Source of the DNA: the human T2T-CHM13v2.0 reference genome, Homo sapiens
Length of the DNA stretch: 64,000 nt
Assembly: GCA_009914755.4 (NCBI GenBank)
Contig: CP068257.2
Location: 33,248,001 to 33,312,000, forward strand
Direction of reading: 5' to 3'
Part shown: positions 60,801 through 64,000 of the stretch, piece after piece
Layout of the letters: every line of letters begins with the position of its first letter
Position numbering within the stretch: position 1 is the stretch's first letter
Notes under the pieces: generated by a model
The model's database searches: none
The model's input: the letters and a program-made list of their open reading frames with translations, nothing else
Told to the model about the DNA's origin: nothing
Program-made: the position numbers and the translations under genes

Positions 60801-61042
60801 GTGCATCTCGTTGGGCCATGGAAAAGCTGTGCTTCTCTGTCACTTAACTTATTCTTATCACAGTCATTCAAAGCAAAAATAAGGGCAGAACATATACACA
60901 ATTGTTAACAGAAGTTATCTCTAAATGGTAATATTTTGGGTAATTTTGATTAACCTTTTGCTTTAATTATATTTTCTAATAAAAAAATTATGTATTCCTT
61001 TAATAATTAAAAGTATGTATTTTAAAAATACAAATGTGCTTA

Positions 61043-61351
<309 letters not shown>

Positions 61352-63206
61352 GACAGCACATATTTATTATTGACTAAATCTGTCAGCATTTTGATCTACA
61401 ACAAACACAAATTGTGTTTTTCTAAAGCTCTTTGGGGTTTCTTATAAAGCAGGCTTTTTAACCAATGTTTTGAACATATCAGGTTAAGGTATGTGAAATA
61501 GTCTCTCCAGGTGGGATTTAACATAATGCAATAAGAACTGAAGATTTAATAGAGGATTTCTTTTCTAAGCACAGGAAGAATGGTGAAAGCATTTAGCTTT
61601 CACCATTGGCCAGACAGATAAAACAGACATTCCCTAAAGACATCAGCACCTTAGAGAGAAAATCAAAACTACTCAACAGAAAAGTGTGAGGCAAGGAAGA
61701 GCTGCAGATAGTGTCTACAAAGGGTGGCTCAGCAGTTCTGGAGTGGTTTCTCTCACTGCATTTCCTTTCCCCAGAGGTCCCTTTGGCTAAAGCACTGTCC
61801 AAAGGTCAGTTGCTGGAATGAGTCGTTTAGTGCTGAGGAACCAGTTGCCTGCCCAAAGAGTTGCTCCGCCAGCAGTAGGAAAAAAAAGAAAGTGTGAATT
61901 CAAGTATTTCAGAAAGTTTGACTCCCACTTTATAAGAGCAGGGGGAAAATTCATAAAGAAAGTGAGGCCATTAAAGAGCTGGAGTTTACAGGATTGTGAA
62001 GCAGGAAAAGAAGTCAGTCTTGGGAAGTACCATTAACAAATTTAGTAACAGGCTGGGCTTCAGCCTCCTCTTCCCTTGCCACACTCCACGTAACACAGAA
62101 TGCACAAGACACCAAGCCACATGTGTGATTTCTCTGGACTCGCACGTGTAGGGCAAGCTGATTTTCATTTGTGAATTGGATTTCTCATTTGCGGACTCTT
62201 ATCTATGATGCAACTAGTTTCCCAGACATTATGCTTTGTCTTGGACAGATGTTGGTGAGTGCCATGCAAGTGCCCTGGGTCAAAAACGGTTTCTCTTCTC
62301 CTCTGCGCCTTGGGTGGATGCAGGGGGCTACTCATTTCTCCTGAGCCTTTTCCTTTGACTATAGATGACTTACCTGTATATTCAGACTCTGAATTCAATA
62401 AGGTTCCCTTGCCTCGAATTTGCCATTTACTTTGGACATGGATGGAAGCTTGCAAGCGCAGAGCACCATACAATGAATATTTTAGAGCACATTAATGGTA
62501 CTGTTAGTATAGACAGAGGGCCTGCCACATAGTAGGCTCGTGAAGGCTGTTGTCTGAAAAGAGCTTGCTTTGGGGACACAAATCAAACTGTATATTTGGT
62601 TGATAAGATTCAGAGATGTGAATCCATCCACAGCTAATGGATGGACCAGCGAGTTAGCTCTGGCAATGTCTTCTCTAGAACAGTGGTTCTCAAAATATAC
62701 TGCACGTTATAATTGCCTGGAGAGTTTTAAAAAATTGTAATGCACAGGCTATTTATCATACCAAATTAAATCAGAATCCTTGAGGGGTAGGACCCAGTCT
62801 TTGGTGTTTAAAAAAAGTTCTCCAAGTAACTTCAATAAGCGGCCAGAATTAGTCATCACTATGGAGTGACAACATCCATAAATAGCCACTAGTCTTATGT
62901 GATAATTTAAATTTAAGCTAATATCACTTACAATTAGTTTCTTAGTTGCAATAGCCAAATTTCAAGTGCTCAGTAGCCACATGTGGCTAGTGGCCACCAC
63001 ACTGGAGAGTGTAGAGTTATGGAACGTTTACATCATTGTGGAAATTTCTGTTGCACTACTTAAGAGTCTAGAGCTCTAGGTTTATACTGAGTTCTTCAAG
63101 CTGAATGAATACTGAATGGCCATACTACCAAAAAGAATTTGAAGTAAAATATTCTTGCCATAGATTCTTTATCTTGATACCCATCTCTATAAGGGCCAAG
63201 TTACGA

Positions 63207-63488
63207 GGCCAGGTGCGGTGGCTCACACCTGTAATACAAGCACTTTGGGAGGCCGAGGTGGATGGATCACTTTAAGTCAGGAGATCGAGACCAGCCTGGC
63301 CAACGTGGTGAAACCCCGCCTCTACTAAAAATACAAAAAGTAGCTGGGCATGGTGGTGCATGCCTGTAAGGAGGCTGAGGCAGGAGAATCGCTTGTAACC
63401 AGAGGTGGAGGTTGCAGTGAGCCAAGATCGCGCCACTGCACTCCAGCCTGGGCGACAGAGTGCGACTCCATCTTAAAAAAAAAAAAAA
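63207..63488 (+). mobile_element. Alu SINE with a poly-A tail and a target-site duplication ggccaagttac.
   Basis: ggccaggtgcggtggctcacacctgtaatacaagcactttgggaggccgaggtggatggatcac... The sequence aagggccaagttac precedes it and aaggccaagttac follows it. Confidence 0.95.
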
Positions 63489-64000
63489 GGCCAAGTTACA
63501 ACTAGAAGGCTGATTTAGATTTTTTGGCCAAAGTTATATGTTTCTTGAGATAAAGATCTGATGCACAACTCAAAACAGTAGTGTTTTTTGTTAAGCCCAC
63601 AGCTGTGGTCAGTGTCCATGGTTATCCCATAATGACTACTTCCACCTCATTGCCAAGCTCATTAAAAAAGAACAGTCTCCACACAATGCAGTGTTAAGTT
63701 TCGGGGCTCAGAAAATCCCTGAGAGTATTGCAAGCTTATTTCTACAGATTTTTTTTGGTGGGGGGGTAGATTTCACTTTGTGTACAAATCCACTTTAGAG
63801 CTCCCCCTTCTCTCTTAAATTCTCGAACCTGTAGAAAGCATCTAGGCATGTCCTCTTTATCTCAACTCTGTACATCAGCCTGAAGCAACTTGTCACCAGA
63901 AAAATGGAAGATGAGAAGCAGATTACCTTTCAAACTCAGTAATGCAAATTATTAGATGCAGTCCTTCCCTGGAAAATCATATACACGTTAGGGTTCTCAA

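Overview
This window is primate, almost certainly human, nuclear DNA and not a prokaryotic locus. It is 64 kb of the RUNX1 (AML1/CBFA2) gene on chr21q22, with the gene on the minus strand of the window. It contains three RUNX1 exons. Exon 2 is 39 nt and P1-specific (27786-27824). Exon 3 (21701 to about 23550) carries the roughly 1.6 kb GC-rich P2 5'UTR, the RUNX1b start codon and the first 90 codons. Exon 4 is 157 nt and encodes Runt-domain residues (15417-15573). The exon calls rest on exact translation matches to RUNX1b/RUNX1c and on canonical GT/AG splice junctions in the correct phase. The TATA-less P2 promoter sits in a roughly 3.4 kb CpG island (22900-26280). The rest is intron: intron 4 at 1-15416, intron 3 at 15574-21700, intron 2 at 21955-27785 and about 36 kb of intron 1 at 27825-64000. 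The introns carry 17 Alu SINEs, several with visible target-site duplications, MIR fragments, one MADE1 MITE and several microsatellites. The ORF track uses bacterial-style start codons (GTG/CTG/TTG shown as M), so it is misleading here. The long Pro/Arg/Gly/Ala-rich ORFs in the CpG island are stop-codon-poor GC artefacts. I find no novel prokaryote-type system in this window. The points worth a second look are the dual-use exon 3 with its internal acceptor, the IRES-type 5'UTR with many upstream AUGs and a poly(C) tract, a roughly 19 kb Alu-free zone around P2, CpG-retaining candidate conserved non-coding elements in introns 3 and 4, an inverted Alu pair, and non-B-DNA tracts in the translocation-prone intron 1.
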